Assembly (NCBI GenBank): GCA_037146675.1
Contig: JBAWWR010000001.1
Location: forward strand, 260-64,259
Length of the DNA stretch: 64,000 bases
Direction: 5' to 3'
Source: Verrucomicrobiota bacterium
Lineage (GTDB): Bacteria; Verrucomicrobiota; Verrucomicrobiia; Palsa-1439
In this document: positions 28,715-39,735 of the stretch, piece by piece
Layout: every line of letters begins with the position of its first letter
Numbering within the stretch: position 1 is the stretch's first letter
Translations under genes and position numbers: made by a program
The notes under the pieces: model-generated
What the model saw: only the letters and a program-made list of their open reading frames with translations
Databases searched by the model: none
Told to the model about the DNA's origin: nothing

Positions 28715-29983
28715 ATGTCTGATCACGATCCATATGCGGCGTTACGACACCGGAGCTTTCGGTTGTTTATAACCGGGACGCTGCTGGCAAATCTCGGCTC
28801 GCAGATGTTGACGGTGGCGGTGGGTTGGGAGCTTTACGAGCGCACCCACTCGGCAATGGCGTTGGGGTGGGTGGGCTTTATCCAGTTTTTACCGATCATC
28901 TTGTTGGCGCTACCGGCGGGGCATTTGGCGGATCGATTGGAGCGACGGCGAATCGTGATGATCGCACAGAGTTTCACGGCAAGCGCGGCATTAGGATTGG
29001 CAATATTTTCATATCTAGACAGCGACGTGCGCTGGATGTATTTGTGTTTATTTCTTACCGGCACGGCTCGCGCGGTGGCGATGCCGTCAGCACAATCAAT
29101 GATGCCGTTGCTGGTGCCACGGAATTTATTCAGCAATGCGGTGACCTGGCGGACCAGTGCATTTCATCTAGCCAGCACGGTGGGACCGGCGTTGGGCGGA
29201 CTGTTAATTGCGCAATGTCGACTACCGGCGGTGGTCTATGGAACGAATGCAGTATTAACACTCGCAGGCGTAGCCTGTCTGGCCGGCGTGCAGACGCGCG
29301 CGACGGAGCCGACGACCGCCACGCTGTCGATACGAACATTGCTGGCCGGCGCACGGTTTGTCTGGCAGACAAAATTAATCCTAGCCACGATGACGCTTGA
29401 TTTGTTTGCGGTATTGCTCGGTGGAGCGACGGCATTGTTGCCGGTATATGCGAAAGACATTTTGCACGTGGGACCGACCGGGTTGGGCTGGTTGCGCGCG
29501 GCGCCGGCAATTGGGGCGCTTGGGATGGGGTTGTGTTTAGCACATCGGCCGCCGTTGAAGCGGGCCGGGCCGGCAATGTTGGCGGCCGTGCTTGGGTTCG
29601 GTTTGGCGACAATCGTGTTTGGTATCTCGCGAAATTATGTGTTGTCGCTGGCGATGTTGTTCCTGACCGGCGTGCTTGATAACATCAGCGTGGTGATTCG
29701 GCACACGCTAATCCAGACGGCGACGCCGGATGCGTTGCGCGGACGGGTGTCAGCGGTGAATGGCTTGTTTATCAGTTGCTCGAATGAGTTGGGCGGGTTC
29801 GAATCGGGGCTGGTGGCCGCCTGTTTTACCACCGTGGTGTCGGTCGTATCCGGCGGGGTGGGGACGATTCTCGTGGTGCTCGGCGTCGCCGGCCTGTGGC
29901 CGCAATTGCGGAAGTTAAAGAAATTACAGCCAGCCGCAACGCCGATCAGCGAAGAGGAAGATGCAGAACGCCCCAGCGCCTAA
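28715..29983 (+). CDS. MFS transporter
   Basis: 422 aa. 12 TM helices, MFS motif A-like GHLADRLERRRI. Confidence 0.85.
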   Translation: MSDHDPYAALRHRSFRLFITGTLLANLGSQMLTVAVGWELYERTHSAMALGWVGFIQFLPIILLALPAGHLADRLERRRIVMIAQSFTASAALGLAIFSYLDSDVRWMYLCLFLTGTARAVAMPSAQSMMPLLVPRNLFSNAVTWRTSAFHLASTVGPALGGLLIAQCRLPAVVYGTNAVLTLAGVACLAGVQTRATEPTTATLSIRTLLAGARFVWQTKLILATMTLDLFAVLLGGATALLPVYAKDILHVGPTGLGWLRAAPAIGALGMGLCLAHRPPLKRAGPAMLAAVLGFGLATIVFGISRNYVLSLAMLFLTGVLDNISVVIRHTLIQTATPDALRGRVSAVNGLFISCSNELGGFESGLVAACFTTVVSVVSGGVGTILVVLGVAGLWPQLRKLKKLQPAATPISEEEDAERPSA

Positions 29984-29986
29984 TAC

Positions 29987-31060
29987 TTATTGAAAAATAT
30001 AAGACGGCAGGAAGTACATCTTGCCGGTTTGCATCTTGAGCGGGTTGGGGGTGATTTGAATCTGTAGCTTGCTGGCGTGGCTCTGCCCAAATAGTTGCAG
30101 TAAATGCCGGAGCGAGAATGGCGTGTAGTATTGGACGACTTTGGCCTTCTCAATCCCGGCCTTTTCTTTTGCGATGTCCACGGCGTCTTCAAAGTAACCG
30201 AGTTCATCCACCAGCTTGGCGGTCAACGCCTGCTTGCCGGACATAATGCGGCCATCGGCAAAGCCGTTTTTCAATTCGTCCACATCGATGTCACGCTCAT
30301 CCGCAACGATGCCGACGAACTTGTCGTACACTTCCATGATCAGGTCATTGACGAGTTTGGTCTCCTCGTCGGTCGGCGCGCGCGTGGGGTTGAGGATGTC
30401 TTTCAGCTTGCCGGATTTGAAGACATAGGAACGGACGCCAATCTTGTGCATCAGACTTTCCTTGTCCTCAAACGGGCCGAAGTTCAACGTCTCCATAATG
30501 ACGCCGATGCTGGCGGTAATGCTCATCTCGTTGGCGACGATGTAATCGGTGCCCATCGCGGCATAAAATGCGCCGGAAGCACCGACGGTCTCAATGCAGG
30601 AGATGATTTTCATCACGCGGTTCGTGTCGTTGCGCACTTCGATCAAGGCCCGGTAAATCGCATCGGACGCCACGACTTCGCCGCCGGGTGAGTTGATGCG
30701 TAGCACGATGGCTTTCACACGCTTGTCGGCCACGGCTTGGTCGAGTTGGTCTTTCAAGTCGGTCACCATACCGGAGCCATTACCGGACTCATCGCCGTCG
30801 AAGCCAATCACGCCGCTCAGATCGATCTCTACAATTTTGTCGTGGGCATCTTCATCGCCAGTGACGAACCGTTCCTGGAAACGCGACCGGTGTGTGTCGT
30901 GCGATCCAAAACCGTCGAGCAGCGCCAGCTTCGCCAGCATTCCGAGATTGGTGAGCACGCTGAGGACAAAGAAAAACGAGATGATAACCGCATACACAAT
31001 CCAGCCGGTGCGTTTCGGTGCCGGCTTCGGTGCAGTCAGTATGGGTGGTAATTCATTCAT
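29987..31060 (-). CDS. sppA: signal peptide peptidase SppA (36K type)
   Basis: ClpP/crotonase fold with catalytic Ser motif (GASGAFYAAMG). N-terminal TM anchor. Start is taken at MNELPP. The alternative upstream ATG at 31162 would overlap trpG. Confidence 0.85.
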   Translation of the reverse strand: MNELPPILTAPKPAPKRTGWIVYAVIISFFFVLSVLTNLGMLAKLALLDGFGSHDTHRSRFQERFVTGDEDAHDKIVEIDLSGVIGFDGDESGNGSGMVTDLKDQLDQAVADKRVKAIVLRINSPGGEVVASDAIYRALIEVRNDTNRVMKIISCIETVGASGAFYAAMGTDYIVANEMSITASIGVIMETLNFGPFEDKESLMHKIGVRSYVFKSGKLKDILNPTRAPTDEETKLVNDLIMEVYDKFVGIVADERDIDVDELKNGFADGRIMSGKQALTAKLVDELGYFEDAVDIAKEKAGIEKAKVVQYYTPFSLRHLLQLFGQSHASKLQIQITPNPLKMQTGKMYFLPSYIFQ

Positions 31061-31148
31061 AGCGGTTAAAGTGCCGTAGCCGTCCCGGCGTAGCAAGTGG
31101 AAATTTCTGCTTGGCCGCCAGCGAGCTTTCGCATACTTTGACGCCGGC

Positions 31149-31718
31149 ATGTTGCTCGTCATCGATAACTACGACAGCTTTACCTACAACCTCGTCCAGT
31201 ACCTCGGCGAACTGGGCGTAACGTTGCGGGTCTTTCGGAATAACGAAATCACGCTCGAGCAGATTCGCAAGCTACAACCCGACCGGATTCTAATTTCACC
31301 GGGGCCGTGCTCGCCAGCTGAAGCCGGCCTTTCCAACGATGTGATTCGCACTTTTGGGCCGGTCATTCCGACGTTGGGAGTCTGTCTTGGCCACCAGTGC
31401 ATCGGACACGTTTTCGGCGGCAAGGTTGTCCGGGCTGATCGCCTGATGCACGGCAAGACCTCGCCGGTTCATCACACCGGTGATCCGTTGTTTGCCGGTA
31501 TGCCGTCGCCATTCACCGCGACCCGGTATCATTCGCTGGTGATCAAACGCGACACAATGCCGGCTGATCTGACAATCATTGCCGAGACACGACCGGAGCT
31601 GGAAGTGATGGGGATCCGCCACAAAAAACTCCCTATCTGGGGTGTGCAATTCCATCCCGAATCTATCCTCACGGAAAACGGCAAGCAGATCTTGGCGAAT
31701 TTCTTGACGCTCCGGTAG
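31149..31718 (+). CDS. trpG: anthranilate synthase component II / aminodeoxychorismate synthase glutamine amidotransferase
   Basis: 189 aa. Class I GATase triad (GVCLGHQ, HPES). Confidence 0.85.
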   Translation: MLLVIDNYDSFTYNLVQYLGELGVTLRVFRNNEITLEQIRKLQPDRILISPGPCSPAEAGLSNDVIRTFGPVIPTLGVCLGHQCIGHVFGGKVVRADRLMHGKTSPVHHTGDPLFAGMPSPFTATRYHSLVIKRDTMPADLTIIAETRPELEVMGIRHKKLPIWGVQFHPESILTENGKQILANFLTLR

Positions 31719-31788
31719 TCCGTCGATGCGCTGGCGGTCTGAAGCCGGCGTTGACTTTCATGCGAGGTTGTGGTGAGTTTACGGCGCC

Positions 31789-32899
31789 ATGATTGAGGAC
31801 CTGAAAGCCAAACTGACCGATCTCCAACAGCGCCATGTGGCGTTGGGGAGGTATCTTTGACCCGGCACGGCTCCGTAATCGACTCGGTGAACTTGAAACG
31901 ATAATGGCCGACGCGGCATTCTGGAACGACCAGACCGCGGCCCGCAAGATTCTCGACGAAGCCAGCGACATCCGCCGCAAGCTCGCCAGCATTGACGAAC
32001 TCGCCCGGCGGATTTCCGATTGTGAGGTATTGGTCGAGCTCGGCGAATCCGAAGTCGAGATTACGAAGGAAGTCGACGAAACCGAAAAGCGGTTCACGCA
32101 ATTCGAATTGGAAATCCTGCTCGGCCAACCGCACGACAAATCCAACGCCATCTTCAACATTCATGCCGGCGCCGGCGGTACTGAAAGCTGCGATTGGGCG
32201 AACATGATGCTGCGCATGTACCAGCGGTATTGTGAAAGCCGCGGGTTCAAGGTCGAAGTAGTGGATATCCAACAAGGTGACGAAGCCGGCATCAAGAGTG
32301 TAACTTTAATGGTGACTGGTGATTATGCTTTCGGGTTTCTGAAGGCCGAACGCGGCGTTCATCGGTTGGTTCGGATTTCACCATTTGATTCCAACAAACG
32401 CCGGCACACATCATTCGCCAGTGTGGATGCTGTCGCTGAAATTGCCGACGCCGAAGTGGAATTAAAAATGGAAGACGTGCGCGTTGACACGTTCCGCTCC
32501 GGCGGTAAAGGCGGTCAGAATGTCAATAAACTCGAAACCGCTATCCGCATGACGCACGGTCCGACCGGCCTTGTTGTTCAGTGCCAAAGCGAACGCAGTC
32601 AGCATCAGAATCGCGAAATCGCAATCAAACTTTTAAAATCGCGCCTTTATGAAAAGCAGCAGGATGAAAAGCGCGCCGCACTAGAGAAATACTACGGCGA
32701 AAAAGGGGCCATCGCCTGGGGTAGCCAGATTCGCAGCTACGTTTTTCAGCCATATCAGATGGTCAAGGATCTCCGCACCGGCTGCCAGACCAGCGATGTG
32801 CAAGCCGTGATGGACGGCGCACTCGAACCTTTTATCAGCTCGTGGCTCAAGGCCGGCCAGCCCCGTCAACGCAAACAAGGTGTCAGCGATGAAGACTGA
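31789..32899 (+). CDS. prfB: peptide chain release factor 2, expressed through a +1 programmed ribosomal frameshift
   Basis: Frame-1 ORF MIEDLKAKLTDLQQRHVALGRYL ends at TGA 31858-31860. Frame-2 continues DPARLRNRLGELETIMADAAFW... through the SPF and GGQ (SGGKGGQNVNK) motifs. Confidence 0.9.
31846..31861 (+). promoter_or_regulatory. prfB autoregulatory +1 frameshift site (internal SD-like GGGAGG, then TAT CTT TGA C)
   Basis: Sequence gggagg tat ctt tga c. Same architecture as the canonical E. coli prfB site AGGGGG TAT CTT TGA C. Confidence 0.85.
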
Positions 32900-33656
32900 C
32901 ATTCTTGCTCAAATTGTCTCCGAAAAACGACTGGAAGTTGCTCGGCTGAGTCCGCAACTCAAACACAATGTCACTGCCCGTCAGGATTGCCGTGACTTTG
33001 CTGGTGCGCTCCGTCGTCAAAAAGGCGTCGCACTGATCGCCGAAATCAAAAAGGCGTCGCCGTCTGCCGGTGTCATTCGAGCGGATTTCGATCCGGTCCG
33101 AATTGCCGGCGAGTACGAGGCCGGCGGCGCGACGGTATTGTCGGTATTGACCGACAAAAGTTTTTTTCAAGGTCAGCTCGATTACCTGCGGCAGATCCGG
33201 GAGGTCGTCCAGTTGCCGTTGCTTCGAAAAGATTTCATCATCGACGAGTTGCAAATTTACGAAGCAGTCGCTGCCGGTGCTGACGCGGTGTTGCTGATTG
33301 CGGCGATTCTCGACGATGCACAACTCAAAGTTTACCGGCAGTTGGCCGGACAACTCAAGCTTGCCGCGCTGGTTGAAGTGCACGACGAGCGAGAATTGGC
33401 GCGTGCCTTGGATGCCGGGGCGGAAATCATCGGGATCAATAATCGCAACCTGAAAACATTCCAAGTGGATTTGGCCACGACGGAGAAATTGGCTGTCCAG
33501 ATACCGGCTGGTAAAATCATCGTCGCTGAAAGTGGGATTCGCACACGGCAGGATGTGACACGCGTGGCGGCGGCAGGTGTGCACGCGATTTTGGTTGGCG
33601 AATCGCTAATGCGCAGCGACAACATTGCCGGCAAGGTTAAGGAGTTACTCGGATGA
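32880..33656 (+). CDS. trpC: indole-3-glycerol phosphate synthase
   Basis: 258 aa. LIAEIKKASPSAG and NNRNLKTF motifs. Confidence 0.9.
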   Translation: MSAMKTDILAQIVSEKRLEVARLSPQLKHNVTARQDCRDFAGALRRQKGVALIAEIKKASPSAGVIRADFDPVRIAGEYEAGGATVLSVLTDKSFFQGQLDYLRQIREVVQLPLLRKDFIIDELQIYEAVAAGADAVLLIAAILDDAQLKVYRQLAGQLKLAALVEVHDERELARALDAGAEIIGINNRNLKTFQVDLATTEKLAVQIPAGKIIVAESGIRTRQDVTRVAAAGVHAILVGESLMRSDNIAGKVKELLG

Positions 33657-34273
33657 CGCCCCGAGTTAAAATCTGTGGCATTACTAATCTAGCTGACGCC
33701 CAGTTGGCGGTGGAATTTGGCGCGGATGCACTTGGGTTTATTTTTTACCGGCAAAGCAAACGGTCTGTCACACCAGAGATTGCGGCAGAGATTTGCGCTG
33801 CGTTGCCGCCGTTTGTGGCGAAGGTCGGCGTGTTTGTGAACGAATCGGCAGATGGTATCCAGCAAATTCTGACTGATTGCCGGTTGGATGCGGTACAGCT
33901 GCACGGCGAGGAGTTGCCGTCGTTTTGCCAGCAGTTTCAAACGAAAGTTATCAAGGCAATCCGTGTGCGCGATGCGGATTCACTGCGGGTGGCAGCGGAG
34001 TACGATGTTGACGCTCTGCTGCTCGATACTTACACTGCGGAGCAACGGGGCGGGACCGGCCAGACGTTTGATTGGACACTGGCGCAGCAAGCGAAAACAT
34101 CGCTACGGCCGCCAATCATTTTGTCCGGCGGATTGACGCCGGAAAGTATTAGGGCGGCGATTCGGCAGGCCGAGCCGTTTGCGGTGGATGTGGCTAGCGG
34201 CGTGGAAAGCGAGCCCGGGCGTAAGGATCCGGAGAAATTGCGGAGATTTTTTAAAGCGTGCAGACAAACTTAA
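33653..34273 (+). CDS. trpF: phosphoribosylanthranilate isomerase
   Basis: 206 aa. VKICGIT N-terminus and LLLDT motif. 4-nt overlap with trpC. Confidence 0.9.
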   Translation: MTPRVKICGITNLADAQLAVEFGADALGFIFYRQSKRSVTPEIAAEICAALPPFVAKVGVFVNESADGIQQILTDCRLDAVQLHGEELPSFCQQFQTKVIKAIRVRDADSLRVAAEYDVDALLLDTYTAEQRGGTGQTFDWTLAQQAKTSLRPPIILSGGLTPESIRAAIRQAEPFAVDVASGVESEPGRKDPEKLRRFFKACRQT

Positions 34274-35460
34274 AATCAGTTCCTGATCAGGCTGGTCACT
34301 TTGGACCGTACGGCGGAATGTACGTGCCGGAGACGTTGATGGCGCCGTTGCAGGAGTTGGCGCGAGAATACGCCAAGGCGCGGCGCGACCGGAAGTTCCG
34401 ACAAGAGTTGGACTATTACTTGCGTGACTACGTTGGACGCCCGACGCCGTTGTATTTTGCAGAACGGCTGACGCGCGAACTGCGTGGACCGAGGATTTAT
34501 CTCAAGCGCGAAGATTTACTGCATACCGGCGCACACAAGATCAATAATGCCATCGGCCAGATTCTATTGGCGAAACGGATGGGCAAGCGGCGCATCATTG
34601 CCGAGACGGGCGCGGGACAACACGGCGTGGCAACGGCAACGGTTGCGGCAATGTTCGGTATGGAATGCGTCGTGTACATGGGCGAAGTGGACATGGCCCG
34701 ACAAGCGCTAAATGTCTATCGGATGCGGTTACTCGGCGCAGAGGTACGCAGCGTGGCGGCGGGACAACGGACGTTGAAAGAAGCCATCAGCGAGGCAATT
34801 CGCGATTGGGTGACGAATGTGCGCTCGACGCATTACATTCTTGGGAGCGTGCTTGGCGCGCATCCGTATCCCATGATGGTCCGAGATTTCCAGTCGGTCA
34901 TCGGCCGTGAAGCGCGCCGGCAATTTCTGGCCAAAGAGAAGCGCTTACCGGATGCGCTGGTGGCGTGTGTCGGCGGCGGATCGAATTCGATTGGGTTGTT
35001 TCACGCGTTTTTGAAAGACCGGCACGTTCGGATGATTGGCGTCGAAGGCGGCGGTCGGGGAATCAAGCCGGGGCAGCACGCGGCCCGGTTTCAGAAAGGT
35101 GGGTCGCTCGGCGTGTTGCAGGGTACGAGGACGTTTGTACTGCAGGACCGCGATGGACAGATCATGTTGACGCATTCGGTCAGTGCCGGACTGGATTACG
35201 CGGCGGTCGGTCCTGAACATAGTTATTTGCGGGATTTGAAGCGCATCGAGTACAGCTACGCAACAGACTCCGAGGCGTTAGATGCGTTCCAATTTTGCTC
35301 GCGTGCCGAGGGAATTATTCCGGCATTGGAATCGGCGCACGCGATTGCGTATGTGATGAAACACGCCAGGCAACTCGGCAAGCGTTCGGCGATCATCGTC
35401 AATTTGAGCGGGCGAGGGGATAAGGATGTGACACAGGTAGCGGAGTTGTTGAAGCTATGA
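34258..35460 (+). CDS. trpB: tryptophan synthase beta chain
   Basis: 400 aa. PLP-lysine region [13 protein letters not shown] and GGGSNSIG. Confidence 0.95.
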   Translation: MQTNLKSVPDQAGHFGPYGGMYVPETLMAPLQELAREYAKARRDRKFRQELDYYLRDYVGRPTPLYFAERLTRELRGPRIYLKREDLLHTGAHKINNAIGQILLAKRMGKRRIIAETGAGQHGVATATVAAMFGMECVVYMGEVDMARQALNVYRMRLLGAEVRSVAAGQRTLKEAISEAIRDWVTNVRSTHYILGSVLGAHPYPMMVRDFQSVIGREARRQFLAKEKRLPDALVACVGGGSNSIGLFHAFLKDRHVRMIGVEGGGRGIKPGQHAARFQKGGSLGVLQGTRTFVLQDRDGQIMLTHSVSAGLDYAAVGPEHSYLRDLKRIEYSYATDSEALDAFQFCSRAEGIIPALESAHAIAYVMKHARQLGKRSAIIVNLSGRGDKDVTQVAELLKL

Positions 35461-35771
35461 TGTGGAAAATCAAATGTCCGCATTGCACTGGTTTTGTCGG
35501 TCCACTAATGGGTGGGTTGCGTGATGACTACTACGGTCGCGGTCGATTATGTGGCTCGTGCGGGACGATTTGGCGGATGAGCGCGAGTGGATACCAGACC
35601 ATGATTTTCTCGGTGCTGATTGTATTTTGCGTTGGTGTTTGGGCGTTGTACCACTGGCTCCAGCAGCTAACTGCTGATATCTGTTGTGTGGTGTGGGTAT
35701 TGGCGTGGCTGGTTTTCCTTTGGCCGTTGGTTTATAGAACCTTGTGGCGAATGCGAGTGAAAAAACCATGA
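35457..35771 (+). CDS. small zinc-ribbon membrane protein, hypothetical
   Basis: 104 aa. CPHC...CGSC zinc ribbon followed by two TM helices. ATGA-type overlap with trpB. Confidence 0.45.
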   Translation: MMWKIKCPHCTGFVGPLMGGLRDDYYGRGRLCGSCGTIWRMSASGYQTMIFSVLIVFCVGVWALYHWLQQLTADICCVVWVLAWLVFLWPLVYRTLWRMRVKKP

Positions 35772-36646
35772 TGCGATCAATGACCGGCTATGGCCGCGGC
35801 GAATGTGCGAAGGACGGATTCAAGTTTACCGTCGAGCTAAACTCCATCAATCGCAAGCAAAGCGACATCGCTATCAACCTGCCGAAAGAATTTATCGAAC
35901 TCGAGCCGCGCATTCGTGATGAAATCAATGCGCACCTCTCCCGTGGTCGCATTAACGCCGTCGTCGCCTACCACCGCGCACGGCAAGGCGACGGGGCAGT
36001 GGAATTGGACGAACCGCTGGCGTTGGCGTATCTGAAAGCGATTCAACGGCTCCAAATACGGACAAAGCTCAACGGCGCAGTCACAATTGATACGCTGTTG
36101 CGGGTGCCGGGTGTTTTAAAGTCGACCGAACCAACGATTGACACCGAGACGGTCTGGCCATCAGTTGAACAGGCATTGAAGCGCGCGCTTGGCCAACTCG
36201 TGAAGATGCGCGAGAAAGAAGGCAAGTTTCTTGCCGGCGACCTGACCGGGCGACTTGATGCGCTGGCGGCTGGCGTCGCGCACATCCGGCAAGTCGCGCC
36301 AAGCATCGTCAGTCATTACCGGACGCAACTCCATGCGCGCATCAAAGATGCCGGCCTAACCGTGCCGCTCGATGACGAGCGATTGTGCAAGGAAGTCGTT
36401 CTTTTCGCCGACCGTTGCGACATCACTGAGGAACTCACTCGTCTAGAAAGTCATTTTCAACAGTTTCGGGATTGCCTCAAATCTACAGAACCGGTTGGCC
36501 GCACGCTGGATTTTCTCTCTCAGGAAATGAACCGGGAACTGAATACCATCGGCTCGAAAGCCAATGCTGTTGAGATTTCGCAGGTTGTCGTCCGCTTGAA
36601 GGCTGAGCTGGAAAAGATCCGCGAGCAAATCCAAAACATCGAATGA
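35768..36646 (+). CDS. yicC: YicC-family protein
   Basis: Start is taken at MMRSMTGYG (the classic YicC N-terminus). Ends with the DUF1732-like C-terminus. Confidence 0.85.
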   Translation: MMRSMTGYGRGECAKDGFKFTVELNSINRKQSDIAINLPKEFIELEPRIRDEINAHLSRGRINAVVAYHRARQGDGAVELDEPLALAYLKAIQRLQIRTKLNGAVTIDTLLRVPGVLKSTEPTIDTETVWPSVEQALKRALGQLVKMREKEGKFLAGDLTGRLDALAAGVAHIRQVAPSIVSHYRTQLHARIKDAGLTVPLDDERLCKEVVLFADRCDITEELTRLESHFQQFRDCLKSTEPVGRTLDFLSQEMNRELNTIGSKANAVEISQVVVRLKAELEKIREQIQNIE

Positions 36647-37293
36647 CCACTCCGCGTACCGGCTTGATTGTTGTTGTCTCCGCCCCATCCGGCGGCGGGA
36701 AGAGTTCGCTCTGCCAGCGGCTTTTGAACTGGTCGCCGAATCTGGGTTATTCCGTTTCGTGCACCACGCGCCCGCCACGCGGCGGCGAGCAATACGGTCA
36801 GGATTATTTCTTTCTGACGCAGCCCGACTTTGAAGCAAAGATTGCCGCTGGCGAATTCCTCGAATACGCCCACTACAACGGCTACTACTACGGCACACCA
36901 CGCACATTCATCGAAGCGCAACTCACTGCCGGCAAGGACGTCTTGCTTGACGTCGAAGTGCAAGGGGCAAGTCAGTTGATGCAGCGCGTGCGCACCGGCG
37001 CCTTCGCCTATCCAGACGCGCTTGTGACGGTTTTTCTTATGCCGCCGTCGCTTGAATTGCTCGAAACCCGGTTGCGCCGACGTGGGACTGACAGCGACGA
37101 AACCATCCGCAAGCGCCTTACGATTGCGAAACGCGAGATGACCCACTGGCCTGAATACGACTATGTCATCGTCAGTGGGTGCCTCGACGACGACTTCGCG
37201 CAAGGCAAGGCGATTGTCATCGCCGAGAAATGCCGAGCGGTGCGCTTACCGAAGGAGACTCAAGTATGGCAGCAAAACGAACTCTCGTTTTAG
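36643..37293 (+). CDS. gmk: guanylate kinase
   Basis: 216 aa. P-loop SAPSGGGKSS and a tandem-Y (YYYG-type) guanylate-binding motif. Confidence 0.9.
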   Translation: MTTPRTGLIVVVSAPSGGGKSSLCQRLLNWSPNLGYSVSCTTRPPRGGEQYGQDYFFLTQPDFEAKIAAGEFLEYAHYNGYYYGTPRTFIEAQLTAGKDVLLDVEVQGASQLMQRVRTGAFAYPDALVTVFLMPPSLELLETRLRRRGTDSDETIRKRLTIAKREMTHWPEYDYVIVSGCLDDDFAQGKAIVIAEKCRAVRLPKETQVWQQNELSF

Positions 37294-37814
37294 GAATTAC
37301 CGGCTCCATTGCCGCATACAAAGCCGCCGATCTCGCCAGCCATTTCAAAAAATCCGGCCACGATGTGCACTGCGTGATGACCAAGGACGCGATGCATTTC
37401 ATCACGCCACTGACGCTTCAAACACTTTCCCAGCACCCGGTCATCCTTGATCTTTTTGGTGAAATACCGGAATGGAAACCTACCCACTTGCCGGTCGCCG
37501 ACACTGCTGACTTGTTGCTCATCGCGCCGGCAACTGCCAACATTATTGCCAAACTCGCTCATGGACTCGCCGACGACGCACTCTCAACGGTCGCGCTCGC
37601 GTTGCGGCCAGAAGCGAAAGTGGTCATCGCGCCAGCTATGAACGGCAAAATGTGGTTGCACCCGGCGACCCAAGCCAACGTCAAACTCCTGACCGACCGC
37701 GGCGTCGAATTCATCGGTCCAGACCAAGGCATGCTAGCCTGCGGTTATGAAGGTCTTGGCCGGCTCTGGCCGGTGGAAAAGATCGTCGCACGCGTCCAAG
37801 AACTTTTGTTGTGA
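37266..37814 (+). CDS. coaC: phosphopantothenoylcysteine decarboxylase (flavoprotein, CoaC), a separate gene
   Basis: Start MAAKRTLVLGITGSIAAYKA. PAMN motif (APAMNGKMW). Stop TGA overlaps the GTG start of coaB (GTGA). Confidence 0.85.
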   Translation: MAAKRTLVLGITGSIAAYKAADLASHFKKSGHDVHCVMTKDAMHFITPLTLQTLSQHPVILDLFGEIPEWKPTHLPVADTADLLLIAPATANIIAKLAHGLADDALSTVALALRPEAKVVIAPAMNGKMWLHPATQANVKLLTDRGVEFIGPDQGMLACGYEGLGRLWPVEKIVARVQELLL

Positions 37815-38518
37815 AATCGCTGCGCTTTCTGATCACTGCCGGGCCGACTCGTGAGTTTTTCGATCCGATTCGGTATCTAACCAACCGGTCCTCCGGCAAG
37901 ATGGGCTACGCCATTGCTGCCGCCTGCCGGAAAGTGTCACCACATGTCACGCTCGTAACCGGTCCGGTGACGTTACCGGCTCCTACTGGCGTGGACTGTG
38001 TCCCGGTAACGACCGCCGCCGAAATGGCGCGTGAAGTCTTTCGCCGGTACTCGAAGACCGACGTGGTGATTATGACCGCTGCGGTCTGCGACTACCGTCC
38101 CTGGCAAGTTTCCATGCAAAAGATCAAGAAGACCGGTAAACGATTGCGCCTCGAACTCGAACCGACGACCGACATTTTATTAGAGCTTGGTAAACGCAAG
38201 CGCCGGCAAGTCTTGGTCGGTTTTGCGGCGGAGACAGACAATCTCAAACGGCACGCGCTCGATAAATTGCGACGTAAGCGGTTGGATTTGATTGTGGCGA
38301 ACGACGCGAGCGCATTTGAAAGCGACACCAATCGCGTGACGCTGTTCTTTGCTGATGGTTGCGTGGAGCGCTTGCCGGAGATGACGAAGCGAAAAGTTGC
38401 CAGTGAATTAGTGCAGCGGATTACCGGACTTCGTAAATCGTCATGCCAGACAGCAACTTCGGATAAAAGTCGGTGCTCTTCTGCGGCATCCGTGACTTGG
38501 CGTCGGCAATCGCTTTGA
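37811..38518 (+). CDS. coaB: phosphopantothenate--cysteine ligase (CoaB), a separate gene
   Basis: GTG start. ITAGPTREFFDPIRYLTNRSSGKMG and a DFL-type C-terminus. The C-terminal tail of the listed ORF overlaps the DUF1015 gene and may be shorter. Confidence 0.8.
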   Translation: MKSLRFLITAGPTREFFDPIRYLTNRSSGKMGYAIAAACRKVSPHVTLVTGPVTLPAPTGVDCVPVTTAAEMAREVFRRYSKTDVVIMTAAVCDYRPWQVSMQKIKKTGKRLRLELEPTTDILLELGKRKRRQVLVGFAAETDNLKRHALDKLRRKRLDLIVANDASAFESDTNRVTLFFADGCVERLPEMTKRKVASELVQRITGLRKSSCQTATSDKSRCSSAASVTWRRQSL

Positions 38519-39677
38519 CATCCAAAACCGGCGTTGGTGTCAGGAAGAACGCCAGTTGCGCTTTGCCGCCGGTCACTTTCGCGACAGCTTGATCAGGTTC
38601 GCGCCAGTAGCTTACATTCGATTCCTCGCGCAACCGGACTTCGTCGATGCCGAGTAATGCTTCCAGAATCGCCACGTGGAGAATCGCTACGTCGAGCGTA
38701 TCCCACAGTGGCGGCTTGCCGGTAAAGAGCGGTTGGAGCGCAGCGAGGTTTTTCGGACACAAGACGGTGAAGCCGGTGCCGTCGTGCATGCCAATCAGAT
38801 GCGGCGCGGCTTTCATCGTCGCGAGCATGGCCGGTAGTGACGATTGTGTTTTGATTTCGAATTGCTGCGCCAGCTTGCCGGTGAATTGCTGACGGTCGAA
38901 CCCGGTCAGATTGGCGACGGTGCGATGCGTTGGCAGGACGACGAGGCCGGGATCGCTCATGTCGACGAGCGTGGCCATGACGAACTTCGATGCTTCGGTG
39001 CCGGTTTCGTCCCGGTAGGCGAGGGCGGTCTCGTACCGGTGATGGCCGTCGGCGATATAGAGCTTGGCGTCGCGCAAAATCTCCTGCGCGTTGCGAATGG
39101 CGACCGGGTCGGTGATTTCCCAGATTCGGTTCGTGACCTGGTAATCATCCAGCGCTTCAATGGTCGGCTTGCCGGTAGGACGCGCGAGCACCGGCCGGGC
39201 CGGTTTTGGATAGAGCATGAAAATGTGGCCTTGTTGAGAGCCGCACGCGCGCAGCAAAGCAATTCGATCGGCCTTGGGTTTGGACAATGTGTGTTCGTGC
39301 GGCAGGATTACGCCTTCATCCCAGCGATGTAGGCGAACACGCGCGATGAGGCCGGTGCGAATCTTGGTGCCGGAACCGTCAGGGGCGGCAAATTCTTGTT
39401 CAAGGTAATACAAGGCCGGTTGCTCTGCACTGCGGAGAATGCCGTCTTTACGCCAAGACTGATAAAGGTCGCTGGCGCGAGTGTATTTGTTGCGCTGATC
39501 GGAGTCGCCGGGCTCTTCCTTGCCGAGCTCGATGCGGATGAGATTGTACGGTGAGCGTTGGAGGTAACGCTCGCGCATTTCTGGGGTAATTTTGTCGTAC
39601 GGTTGCGTCAGCACGTCGCTGGGGTTGACGCGTTGCGTGTTGTAGAGGACGCCGTGGAAAGGTTGAATGTCAGCCAT
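38421..39677 (-). CDS. DUF1015 family protein
   Basis: Start is taken at MADIQPFHGVLYN (typical DUF1015 N-terminus). About 418 aa. Confidence 0.75.
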   Translation of the reverse strand: MADIQPFHGVLYNTQRVNPSDVLTQPYDKITPEMRERYLQRSPYNLIRIELGKEEPGDSDQRNKYTRASDLYQSWRKDGILRSAEQPALYYLEQEFAAPDGSGTKIRTGLIARVRLHRWDEGVILPHEHTLSKPKADRIALLRACGSQQGHIFMLYPKPARPVLARPTGKPTIEALDDYQVTNRIWEITDPVAIRNAQEILRDAKLYIADGHHRYETALAYRDETGTEASKFVMATLVDMSDPGLVVLPTHRTVANLTGFDRQQFTGKLAQQFEIKTQSSLPAMLATMKAAPHLIGMHDGTGFTVLCPKNLAALQPLFTGKPPLWDTLDVAILHVAILEALLGIDEVRLREESNVSYWREPDQAVAKVTGGKAQLAFFLTPTPVLDVKAIADAKSRMPQKSTDFYPKLLSGMTIYEVR

Positions 39678-39735
39678 GATGGGGCGGATAGTAGGCGGCA
39701 ACACGCGCAGCGTCAAGCGGCGCGGCGCAATCTAC

